Assembly: GCA_002269645.1 (NCBI GenBank)
Contig: NIVC01000980.1
Location: 62,001 to 126,000, forward strand
Source of the DNA: Macrostomum lignano
Lineage: Eukaryota
Direction: 5' to 3'
Length of the DNA: 64,000 nucleotides
Shown here in pieces: positions 1-40,873 of this stretch. Position numbers and translations under genes: made by a program. Within the stretch, counting starts at the first letter, position 1. The number at the start of each line of letters is the position of its first letter. Below the pieces are notes generated by a model. That model had not been told where the DNA came from. It saw only the letters and a program-made list of their open reading frames with translations, and made no database searches.

Positions 1-1259
1 CATGCCTTGCGTTGCCCGGGATTGTCCGAATCACATTTGTCTTGTGATCTCCGGCCAGAAACTGCAAACACACGGAGATTGCAAAGCCTAACACCGGGAT
101 CACAATTTGAAAATGCCGGCATTAACCATCGAAATCCCGATCCAGCTTTGCAGTAATTCAACCATTAATTCTCTAGTAGTAGTATCTGCAGCTGAGCTAC
201 TTGTCAGGTGAAAATCATAACCCAGTTGGCCTGCTTTGATTTATTAATCATTTAAGCATGCAGGCTAGAGAGTAGAAGGCTGGGCTGCAGGGGCAGGGAA
301 ACAGAAGCTTTTAGCAGATCGTAAGGAGGTTTTAAGGTGTAACAATGTACATGCTGTATGCCTATGAAACCTGTGCACAGAGCCTGAAGCAATAGAAGCC
401 AATCCCTCATCGTTTGAGATCACAGCGCTTGCCAGACGGAAGTCAAATGATTGTTAATTTGGACTCTCCCTCTATCTCAAACCCAGATAAAATCAGGGGG
501 TCTCGACCTTGCGCAGATCAGAAGCCCCCCCCCCTATGCAAAAGACTTCATTCTCAGCACTGTCAGGACACCCTTTAGATGCCCAGCATAGGGCTGGTGG
601 TAAAAAGTCCCTACCTTCAAAACTCCTTGGCCGTATTTAGTTCGGATTAGAACAGTGGGACCTTGCTATCGGACCACAACCCCAAGCTACAAATTATCCA
701 TCTAGGGCGGGTGCCCCTGGGGGTACGCTTCATAAGCGCGCAGCGGCACATGCGCGCACTGGCAGAGGCGCGCACTTTTGACACGCTGTGGCATAAGCGC
801 GCTGTCAGACTTTGGCGCAAGAGCGCATTATTTACTCGCTAAGGCAGCAGCGCGCACTTCATTTGGCGACTGACTTAATAGTGTAGAAAAATTTTAATCA
901 AAGCTGTAGTGCACAAGGGGTGGTGGGTTAGGGTGCAAAAAGAGGTACTTTAGGCACAGTTGGCACAATTGTAAGCATGTACACTGTCGATAGATACTGC
1001 GACTTAGATAAATAAGACAATCTCAGTCTCAGTCGCAGTTGGAGTGTTTGAAACGCAATGGAGCCAATCGAAGGGAAACGAATCGGCTCAGTAGTCTATA
1101 CGCACGGCGTCTACATTTATCGGAAAGATGAGTTAGAAATGGGACAGTCAGCTATCGCTGGATATAACACAGGATTCCGGCAGCTGCTCTTTTCCTTTGA
1201 CAGATGGTGTTACATCTTTGTTCTAACATACATGTAAAGCACTGGTCGAAAGGATTTTA

Positions 1260-2205
1260 ATTTACAATCCCTTTACAATCCCTTTATAATCCCTTTACAA
1301 TCCCTTTACAATCCTTTTACAATCCCTTTACAATCCCTTTATAATCCCTTTACAATCCCTTTACAATCCTTTTACAATCCTTTTACAATCCCTTTATAAT
1401 CCTTTTACAATCCCTTTACAATCCCTTTACAATCCCTTTATAATCCCTTTACAATCCCTTAACAATCCCTTTACAATCCCTTTACAATCCCTTTACAATC
1501 CCTTTATAATCCCTTTACAATCCCTTAACAATCCCTTTACAATCCCTTTACAATCCCTTTACAATCCCTTTATAATCCTTTTACAATCCCTTTACAATCC
1601 CTTTATAATCCTTTTACAATCCCTTTATAATCCTTTTACAATCCCTTTACAATCCCTTTATAATCCTTTTACAATCCCTTTACAATCCCTTTACAATCCC
1701 TTTACAATCCCTTTACAATCCCTTTATAATCCTTTTACAATCCCTTTACAATCCCTTTATAATCCCTTTACAATCCCTTTATAATCCCTTTACAATCCCT
1801 TTACAATCCCTTTACAATCCCTTTACAATCCCTTTACAATCCCTTTATAATCCTTTTACAATCCCTTTACAATCCCTTTATAATCCCTTTACAATCCCTT
1901 GATAATCCTTTTACAATCCCTTTACAATCCCTTTACAATCCCTTTATAATCCCTTTACAATCCCTTAACAATCCCTTTACAATCCCTTTACAATCCCTTT
2001 ACAATCCCTTTACAATCCCTTTACAATCCCTTTATAATCCCTTTACAATCCCTTTATAATCCCTTTACAATCCCTTTACAATCCCTTCACAATCCCTTTA
2101 TAATCCCTTTAAAATCCCTTTACAATCCCTTTACAATCCCTTTACAATCCCTTCACAATCCCTTTATAATCCCTTTAAAATCCCTTTACAATCCCCTTAC
2201 AATCA
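1260..2205. repeat. 11-bp minisatellite (TTTACAATCCC)n
   Basis: Direct reading, with tttATaatccc variants. Confidence 0.95.
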
Positions 2206-2904
2206 TATTAGATGGCCTCGTAAATCAAAATCGCACCAACGAGGATGAGAAACATTTTCAATCCCGAGAATCCCGGGATTGGCAAAACTCGGGATTTTGT
2301 ATTCCCAAATTTGGCTGGCAAAGTTCGTAGACCCATCATTTTTTCTCTACAGTTGTTGCCGTTTGCTTGTTAATTTTGTTATTCTTTATTCTCCGTTATT
2401 AATATTGTCATTTTAACAATCGATAGCTTTATTACTTAAAAAGTAATACAGGTTTTAAGAAATGAAATTTATGATTATTTATCGATACTCGCATTGCTAC
2501 AAACAGCGCTAATTATCTTTAAAAGCTAAAATATCACTTCCGATAAACTATTAAGAACATTAGAATAAAAATCTAGATAAATATGCGACCGAATATAAGC
2601 ATACACAACGAATTTCAAAACAGGAAATTTATACGGAATTTTTGTAGACAGAATCAAATTACTAATTAACAATTGATTATGCTATAATAATGTGGTATAG
2701 TAATTGCATAATGCACTGCAAGACAAACATTATCAGGAGTAAAACATTTAGCACAATATATAACTGCTGCTTGCTCGGAGCGTCAGATTGACAGTTAAAG
2801 TTGGTGATAAGGGAAATGGCCGAGTGAAACAGGGTTAATTGTGAAGGGGAAGGATAGGTGAATAAGGTGTGGGTGAAATACGAGCTAGTGAAAGTTGCGT
2901 GAAG

Positions 2905-3325
2905 GTGGGGGACGGTTGGGTGGGTGATGGAGTGGTGGGTGATGGAGGGGAGGGTGATGGAGGGGAGGGTGATGGATGCTTGGGTGATGGAGGGGTGGGT
3001 GATGGAGGGTTGGGTGATGGAGGGGTGGGTGATGGAGGGCCGTGGGTGATGGAGGGTTGGGTGATGGAGGGTTGGGTGATGGAGGGGTGGGTGATGGAGG
3101 GGTGGGTGATGGAGGGTCGGGTGATGGAGGGGAGGGTGATGGAGGGGAGGGTGATGGATGCTTGGGTGATGGAGGGGTGGGTGATGGAGGGGAGAGTGAT
3201 GGAGGGTTGGGTGATGGAGGGGAGGGTGATGGAGGGTTGGGTGATGGAGGGGTGGGTGATGGAGGAGTGGGTGGTGGAGGGTTGGGTGATGGTGGGGTGG
3301 ATGATGGTGGGGTGTGTGATGGAGA
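2905..3325. repeat. 15-bp G-rich minisatellite (GGGTGATGGAGGGNN)n
   Basis: Direct reading. It explains the Pro/His- and Gly-rich ORFs. Confidence 0.9.
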
Positions 3326-3889
3326 AGTGCGTGAGGATTTATAGTTCTCCACACTAGACACAATTTATTGCCTAAATTATATAGAGTGAACAATAGGTCG
3401 AGATATTTTTTACAATTTTGTAACGGTAAAACGAAAAATTGAAAAATATCTATAGACAGAACATTACAGATAGTTAATATGCAAGCGCTTATAGCTTGTC
3501 CCGTGTCATTAGGTTTAGTTCACAGTTTCTCAAGAATCTAGCGATTATGCATTGGCTTTGACAAAGACAGCTCGCACAGAGACACAATTTATCAAAATCT
3601 TTATTAAATTGCGAAGCATCAATAAAATTGGGGCGTATTGATCAGTCAAGGAGTTCTGTTTGATTACGCAACACTTTCAAATTAAGAAAAAAAATTTCGA
3701 AGCTCAATATCACTTTAAAAGTACACCTTGCCAGCTGGCAATTTTTTTAAAGTTTTTATACACTAAAAATAGACAAAACGGCTTCTGAAAAATTTAAATA
3801 ATTTTTAAGTGATAAGTCCTCCTCTTACTACTACTACTGGTCAGCGGTAGTAGCATTGGGAGAACGAGAATCTCCACTTCTGTAGCTGC

Positions 3890-4497
3890 GCACCTCCTCT
3901 GTAGCTGGCGCCCCCTCCTCTGTAGCTGGCGCTCCCTCCTCTGTAGCTGGCGCCCCTCTGTAGCTGGCGCTCCCTCCTCTGTAACTGGCGCTCCCTCCTC
4001 TGTAACTGGCGCTCCCTTCTCTGTAGCTGGCGCTCCCTCCTCTGTAGCTGGCGCTCCCTCCTCTGTAGCTGGCGCCCCTCTGTAGCTGGCGCTCCCTCCT
4101 CTGTAACTGGCGCTCCCTCCTCTGTAACTGGCGCTCCCTCCTCTGTAGCTGGCGCTCCCTCCTCTGTAGCTGGCGCCCCTCTGTAGCTGGCGCCCCCTCC
4201 TCTGTAACTGGCGCTCCCTCCTCTATAGCTGGCGCTCCCTCCTCTGTAGCTGGCGCCCCTCTGTAGCTGGCGCCCCCTCCTCTGTAACTGGCGCTCCCTC
4301 CTCTATAGCTGGCGCTCCCTCCTCTGTAGCTGGCGCCATCCTCTGTAGCTGGCACCCCCTCCTCTGTAGCTGGCGCCCCCTCCTCTGTAGCTGGCGCCAT
4401 CCTCTGTAGCTGGCACCCCCTCCTCTGTAGCTGGCGCCCCCTCCTCTGTAGCTGGCGCCATCCTCTGTAGCTGGCACCCCCTCCTCTGTAGCTGGCG
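3890..4497. repeat. 19-23-bp minisatellite (CTCTGTAGCTGGCGCCCCCTC)n downstream of the SLC38A11 stop (possibly in its 3' UTR)
   Basis: Direct reading. Candidate minus-strand AATAAA at 3600-3605. Confidence 0.9.
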
Positions 4498-4606
4498 ATC
4501 CTCAGAAGATATAACAGGGCAAGTGGGGGGAATCTCTGTAAGCAAATCTCCTAGGCCCATCAGTACCATGTTTAGGCACAGTATAAACGGTCAGTATAGA
4601 AGCAGT

Positions 4607-19095
<14,489 letters not shown>

Positions 19096-19857
19096 GGCGA
19101 ATGGGCTGACCCCGCCGACAGCAGCCGAGTCCTCTGCTCGAATAGGGAAAATTTGAGGGAAAACACACAGGAATTATCCCTGTTGCTGCATGCAGATGTC
19201 TTTGAAAATCCTGTCTCCAGCTGAAACCCGCTGTCTATCCATCATTATCTCTCCCCCGGCGCCCCAGCAGATCCCCTATTCGTGTCTCACCGTCTTTCAA
19301 TCCGAGATCCTTGATTGATTGCCAAGATGGGATTCTGTTCGAATGCCAATTCGAACTCCCCGGCAATTTGCTCTTCCGCCTCTGTCAGGCAAGTCGGCGA
19401 TGCAGGAAAGCAGGGGAGAAGCTGGGGGGGGGTGGAAGCTGCCAAATCGTATTGCCTGCCCCCTGGGTCTCCGATTCTCAGCTGTCTGTCTCACTGCGCC
19501 AGAAATTGCAGGAGAGACTGACGGGCGGTTTGAGGTCGGGAACGAAGGGAGAAAATGAGAGGAACGGCGACTTTTAAGGCCTCGGGGAGCTGCAACCCGC
19601 CCGCCTCACACCCACCCTCCCACTGTCCCGCGGTCTCCCCCATCTCTCAATCCTCCGTTCTCAATGTTCTGAAATAGGACAGGAATAATTCCTCCTCAGC
19701 TCAGCCTCTGTACCCTCTCGCTCGCCCTCAGCCTCCCCCAGCCTCCCCTCCATCCTGTGCCTTTGCAGTAAACCTGCTGATAAAAGAGTTGGTCCGAAGG
19801 AAACTTTTTTTAACTTATAAGGTAGGCACTTTTTGTATAGCTGCATGCTGGTGAATG

Positions 19858-20440
<583 letters not shown>

Positions 20441-20942
20441 GGAACCGAGAAGACTGAAAGTATGATGGCCTAAACTCATCTGAATGGTCCGCGACGCCTC
20501 ATCATTGCCTTGCTCAATCAATAATCTCGTTTTCTAGCCTATTCTAGCTAGTATTATCTCTGCACTTTTCATTGTAAATCCTACTATGGCTAAGCTAATG
20601 GACTAATATGCATGCAATTAGAGCGATTCCAATCCACCCAAGGCCTTAAATCATGCTGAACAGTACACGCCCCTGTGGCCCGAGCTTTGAGAAGGCTCTG
20701 GCAATTAGCGCAGGTACCTGTTGAAGAGCGGGAATCAGGCAGCTCACCTTTCCCATTCTTCTCCGAACAAGTTTGGCGACAGGGAATTTTCAATTTTGCA
20801 AGCCAGGCAGCTCAATAGGACGCAATGGAGAGAGGCTTGCCGGCTTTGGAGAAGTGGCTTTGAATGGCGGTTGAAGGAAATCGGAGAAAGCAATACTCTC
20901 TCCTGCCACTGACTCCCGGTGGACAGACAGAGGAAAGACAGA

Positions 20943-21749
<807 letters not shown>

Positions 21750-22544
21750 CATGCAGACAGGAAAATTTCCTCTGCATAGCTCAGAGTGGATCAGCAATCC
21801 AATACATTCGCAGTGTGTGCATGCGAGAGTCATGCAACGTGACATCGCATCACTTGTGCAGAGCGAGGGAGAGAGAAAGCTGAAAATTTGTCCTCAAAGC
21901 ATCGCTCAAGTTCTCAGAACAGCCTCAATTATTTCTGTGTGTAGACACAACTGGCAATTTGAGTGCGTGATTCAGTCGTGCAGTTCTCACGGCGCTGCCC
22001 ACTTGCTTTCAGTGCGTGCATTGTTATGCTACTTCACTAAAACTTTTCCATCGTATTACTATTAGTAGGCTAGAAGTGCACAGTGCGGCGCACGATTAAT
22101 TGCATGCATAAATAATGCAAAGTAAACGGAGCCGATCTGGGGGGGGGGGTGATTCCTATAGCTGGTATAGGGTGAGAAGAACCGGCTCAAGTTATTCTGC
22201 CTTTGTTTTTTTCTTACCCAAACTGGATCCTTTGAAACGCGTTTTTTCGCCTAATTAGCATAATTTATTTATAAAAATTCTCTGGTCGCAATGCTAAAAC
22301 TGCATGGCTCCCGACTCGGTGGCCTGTAAAATTGCTTCTGAAATCATTGCTTTCCATTTCTTGGGGTTAATATAGTTGGGTGAATATAGAGGAGACACCC
22401 AGCTACTTACAGAACCTCCGGTTCTTTCTGCCCGCATTCAAAGTTCTCTCTCTCAAGTGAAGGTAAGTTTTTTCGATTTTTCCCTGCTTTGAAGGAGATC
22501 CAATTTATAAAATCGATTATTATGGTCGATGATCGTTCCATGTA

Positions 22545-22935
22545 TAGCAAAGTGGATCCCGTGTACCAAACTATAGATCCCATGTACTAAAGTAGATCCC
22601 ATGTACCAAAGTAGATCCCATGTACCAAAGTAGATCCCATGTACCAAAGTAGATCCCATGTACCAAAGTAGATCCCATGTACCAAAGTAGATCCCATGTA
22701 CCAAAGTAGATCCCATGTACTAAAGTAGATCCCATGTACCAAAGTAGATCCAATGTAGCAAAGTAGATCCCATGTACCAAAGTAGATCAAATATACCAAA
22801 GTAGATTAAATGTAGCAAAGTAGATCCCATGTAGCAAAGTAGATCCAATGTAGCAAAGTAGATCCCATGTACCAAAGTAGATCCCATGTAGCAAAGTAGA
22901 TCCCATGTAGCAAAGTAGATCCCATATAGCAAAGT
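22545..22935. repeat. 19-bp minisatellite (ATGTACCAAAGTAGATCCC)n
   Basis: Direct reading. Confidence 0.93.
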
Positions 22936-23098
22936 GGATATTTTTAAGGCAGCTATGATTGTAATGATAGTGTTGATCTATCATATCACTCTATTTGTCG
23001 TTAAAGTACAAAATATTGTATCGTTTTTCGTTAGACAGTTCTGCTTAGCGTTAAATTTGCTTCCTTCTTCTTCTACAAAAGCACAGCAAAGTCAAGAG

Positions 23099-23356
23099 AT
23101 GCAGCGGCTGCTAATCTGTTTGGTTCTGGCAGCTGGCGGCCAGCTGGCGGCCCCAGCCGGAGCGGTCACCCTGCGAGAGGCCACTCTCGATGAAGACGCA
23201 TTGAAGCGGTTCGTGCACTACGATACTGCGGAGTTTAATCAGTGGTTTCACCTGGCCATTGCCTTGCCAGTGATGTACAGCATCCTGTTCTGCATCTGGG
23301 CCACGGTCACCTGCGTTATGAAAGTCACCGGCAGGAGCCGAAAGACCCGAGACTAG
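23099..23356 (+). CDS. 85-aa single-pass membrane microprotein of unknown family (signal peptide, ~29-aa ectodomain, TM helix, basic tail)
   Basis: MQRLLICLVLAAGGQLAAPAGA / VTLREATLDEDALKRFVHYDTAEFNQWFH / LAIALPVMYSILFCIWATVTCVM / KVTGRSRKTRD*. It is a GC-rich island in AT-rich flanks. A pyrimidine tract and AG (23085-23086) lie 12 nt before the ATG, and AATAAA is at ~24014. Confidence 0.65.
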   Translation: MQRLLICLVLAAGGQLAAPAGAVTLREATLDEDALKRFVHYDTAEFNQWFHLAIALPVMYSILFCIWATVTCVMKVTGRSRKTRD

Positions 23357-23479
23357 ATATAACATTCGAGACCATATTTTCGGAATGCGTTGGTAATTCG
23401 TTTGAAAGATATAAGATTGGGAAAGATAATATCGGATTACACTAACTTGGATGATGTAACTATGTATATGCACCTTTCC

Positions 23480-23830
23480 AGGGGCCTACTTTATCGCTAT
23501 ATTATCTACTTCATCGCTACAGGATCTACTTCATCGCTATAGGATCTAAATCATCACTATAGGATCTACTTCATCGCTATAGGATCTACTTCATCGCTAC
23601 CTACTTCATCGCTATAGCATCTACTTTATCGATATAGGATCTAAATCATCTATATAGAATCTACTTCATCGCTACATGATCTACTTCATCGCTATAGGAT
23701 CTACTTCACCGTTACTAGGATCTACTTCATCGATATAGGATCTAAATCATCGCTATAGGATCTAAATCATCACTATAGGATCTACTTCAGCGATATAGGA
23801 TCTGCTCTATCGCTATGGGACTATAGGACT
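23480..23830. repeat. 20-bp minisatellite (AGGATCTACTTCATCGCTAT)n
   Basis: Direct reading. Confidence 0.88.
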
Positions 23831-24544
23831 ACTGAATAACAATTGATCTGCTTTCTAAATTAAGTTCTAAATCATTCTGGAATTTATTGCAAAGTATTTG
23901 TTTTTGATGACGGTATAGCCTACTTAATTGGCACTTGGTATTCTTTAGATTACGTCATTGAAGGATTAACAAACTTAACTTATCGTAGCAAGGCCTACTG
24001 ATTTACGAGTATTAATAAAATAATTAAAATAACCGCAAATTGCTTATAGCTCAGAAGTTTTGGTCCAATTAAAAACTAATATCATGCGTTCACACGTCCA
24101 GCTTTTACGCTCGCAATATAATAGTAATAGTAATTATGAATACGTACTGCATTATGTGTACTTTAGGTCAAATGTTACCCACTAATTAGCTCTGACTACT
24201 TCTTACTAGTATTCTACCGATTTATAAAACAAAACTGTTCAGTTGCTTTATTATCGTAATTGTAATTTAAATAAATCAGAACAGTACCAGTTATTTCGAC
24301 CAGTGATCAAATTTTTACTCATCCAATTTTTTGTTGGATTTCATCGCTTTAGACAACACGTAAAACCATTGCATTTTGTCTGCTGAATTTGCATTGGGGA
24401 ATGCAAGATAAGAGAGGCAATCGATTTGAAGATTCTACACATAAATAAGCATTCTACGCGGATGTCTTATTCCCAATCCAACTCATTTAAGTGCCGATTC
24501 GAATAAACCGTACAACAGTTGGTGAAAGCTTCATAATAAATTAC

Positions 24545-25035
24545 TGAATAGGTTAGCGATGAGTTGGTGAATGGGTTAGCGATGATTTGGTGAATGGGTT
24601 AGCGATGAGTTGGTGAATGGGTTAGCGATGAGTTGGTGAATGGGTTAGTGATGAGTTGGTGAATAGGTTAGTGATGAGTTGGTGAATGGGTTAGCGATGA
24701 GTTGGTGAATGGGTTAGTGATGAGTTGGTGAATAGGTTAGTGATGAGTTGGTGAATAGGTTAGTGATGAGTTGGTGAATGGGTTAGCGATGAGTTGGTGA
24801 ATGGGTTAGTGATGAGTTGGTGAATAGGTTAGTGATGAGTTGGTGAATGGGTTGGCGATGAGTTGGTGAATGGGTTAGCGATGAGTTGGTGAATAGGTTA
24901 GTGATGAGTTGGTGAATGTGTTAGTGATGAGTTGGTGAATAGGTTAGTGATGAGTTGGTGAATGGGTTGGCGATGAGTTGGTGAATGGGTTAGTGATGAG
25001 TTGGTGAATGGGTTGGCGATGAGTTGGTGAATGGT
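24545..25035. repeat. 23-bp minisatellite (GATGAGTTGGTGAATGGGTTAGY)n just 3' of the Ly6 stop
   Basis: Direct reading. Confidence 0.93.
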
Positions 25036-25085
25036 TGATGATCAATTGCTGAGTAGCTGTTGAATATCTGGCAGGTGCACAATTC

Positions 25086-38281
<13,196 letters not shown>

Positions 38282-39839
38282 ACTTCATTTAATTATTAGC
38301 ACTATGTGTACTTTCTGCTGGATCAGCTCTGCGACAAAAGTTCAGATGAGATTTTGAAAAGAGTCTCACGGATATGCTCACTCTAAAAGCTAGAGTATTT
38401 ATATTTTAAGTTGCCTCAGTCTCATTGGCTGCGCAATCAAAAACCTCTGCCAGTCGTTTCAATAGTACGTGTAGGGTTTTTAGTCTTTATTTAGTATTAG
38501 TTAGTATGAAAAATTAAACTTCTAGCTGAATAAAAACAAATAACAGGAAATTAATATCTCTGTCGATCCTTATTTAAAATTTAACTGTAACTTCTTGAAT
38601 GAAAGAGTGTAAATCTTCAATAGATGTTCCCTTTCGGTCGTTAAATTTTATTCGGTACAATTGTTTCCACTTTTTCACGGACGTTAGTAGCTGTACGTCA
38701 ATGGACAATAAACTGAACAAATGATGAACAGGTTTTTAATATCTTCCTAAATATGTAATATCGAATACCTACTACTGATATCTTTCTAAGGTACGACAAA
38801 TTATCGAAATAATCTATTATAAATTCAAAATTCAATAATACTAATCCGTTGTTTAGGCCATAGACATAATTCTTTGGCGGCTCAAGCTTAGTAAAGCAAT
38901 TGCTGCCGTGAAAGAATCTTGTGTCCATGTCGTTATTGTACCCTTTTGTCTATGGTTTTCAGTAGTAAGCCTTTCGGCAACAAAGGCTTACTACTGTTTG
39001 CCGGCTGTTTTATATTGTTGCCGGAAAATTACGAAAAATGACAACGACACCCGGCGGTTGACGGACGGGGATTCCAGGCGCCGTTGAATGGCCGCACGGA
39101 AACAGATGAGAGACTTCGGCGCGTAGTATGTTCCACCCTGCTCTCGAAGAGACGAATAGAAAAGCCTCAGATAATCGTTCAGGAATCGATCCGGTAAACA
39201 CGCTCAAATTCTGCCAGAGAGCCCCTTCTCATTCGTAGAGAATCATATAGCTCCTTTTTCTATTGGTATTTCGAATGCCGAATACCAAATACCAAATACC
39301 AAATACCAGACAGAATAGACTAGAAATCTGGAAACAATCATATTTCATTACAAAAGGGTACAATACGGCTTGTGTTGTTGTCCGTGACTTACACCCAACA
39401 ACATTAAAAAGTCGCCACCTTTGAGACTGCCCAGTAAATTCTAGCTCAGTGTTGACTTTTGTGTGCGTACATTGGTGCATAGTGTGCGTGTACATACGAT
39501 GAGAGAGAGAGTCAGGGCAGCTGTACCCTGCGTGTGTGCCTGTGTACGTTTGATACGTGTGCGTATCAGAGGAAGGTCTCGCGCGCATCCTTTCTTCTCT
39601 CTCTTTTCTCTCTGACACCCTTCCAAGCTTATCTAGTGTACATTGATTGACAAGCATTTCGCGGGATGCGTGCTATTGTTCATATTTGCGTGTTATTGTC
39701 CATAGACAAAGGCATTAGTTTAAGGAGTTAATTAGATGACCAAATTATAAACAGCAACTAATTATAGCATGAACATGAGGGGGGAAATGTCTAATGCCAT
39801 AGTCTCTCTCGAAGAATTAGTCTTTTTGATAGATACGCC

Positions 39840-40290
39840 TTACTCAAACACAATGTTAATCAAATTGTTGTTGCCGTCAATGCTAACACGCATCTTCTTG
39901 GTCGGACAGGCCTCGATATGAACTGGCCGAGGAACCGGCTCGTCAATTGATAGTTGGGTGGCATTGCAACTGGTGATCGTCATCACTTGCGAGCAGACAG
40001 TAGAAGAACTGATAGAGCCGCTCGCATTAGCAAGGAAAGACGCCTCGCGCCCGGTCCCGGCGCCTGGTTAAATACATTTTGACCGTCTTCGCACACTCTA
40101 GTGACTCTGTGGGAGAATTAAAGGTAATTAATTTTATGTGAACTAGTTAGAACTATTGATACACTATATAACGGAAAACGAAATTTACTTACCTAATACA
40201 GTGATTAGTTTAAGACCTTGCTTAGACCGGCTTTCGCGCTCAGATTCTTCATAAATTATTGAAGGAATCGATATCTTCGAGCGGTATTTA
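39840..40290 (-). pseudogene. Decayed Crypton-like (DUF3504-type) tyrosine recombinase fragment with an 86-bp intron (40107-40192)
   Basis: After two 1-nt frameshift corrections the frame reads ...FMKNLSAKAGLSKV(x)TNHCIR|VT..., the Crypton YR HxxR motif. The GT-AG intron is intact. A terminal stretch in another frame ends KKMRVSIDGNNNLINIVFE* (stop 39840-39842). The downstream His/Tyr catalytic segment is not recognisable. Confidence 0.55.
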
Positions 40291-40873
40291 TAAAAACTAA
40301 CAATTAAACACGCTAAATTGCAAACACGGCAAGATGAAAACAAAAAGAACAGACAGAGGGGCGCAGGGCCTAAACGGGGTATATTTATTCGAATAAACAA
40401 GAAAGGGTGCAAGATGGGGTGGAGTGCGCGACTGAGGAAAGAGGCGAGAACTGAGAGCCAATCAGAAGGCAGCGAGGGAGAGAGATAAAAAATAACAAAA
40501 TTGAACTAGACAGACTCTAGCTCGTACTGAGACTGCGTGTTATTGTCTTTCTAGATCACAAACAATGTGGAAACACAGTTAATGGTATAAATTGTAAAAC
40601 ACGCGAGCGCCTACCGGCGCAATGGTATCAAAGCAACTATACCATTGTTAATATATCGACGCTTTGATGCCTAAAACTTTTCAACCCTTCAAACTTTCTA
40701 CCCCTCTGATGTACTTTAACATTAGCATACACCTGATGGCCTGGCAATGTGTTTACGCCTAAAAAAATCGATCATTTGATGCTAAACAATTTCCACTTTC
40801 TTGAAGAGTTACACTCTTTCTACCTAAGAATTCGGCTGAATATACTCGTAAAAAATCAAAGCAAGTCTTTAAA

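Noticed and set aside
2677-4477. Pro/His-rich, Gly-rich and PATEEG ORFs resembling extensins or antigens
   Set aside because: They are open in several frames on both strands because the repeat unit lacks stops, and they lie 3' of the SLC38A11 stop.
24545-25035. GGGTTAG in the 23-bp unit as interstitial telomeric repeat
   Set aside because: There is only one partial hexamer per unit and no (TTAGGG)n run.
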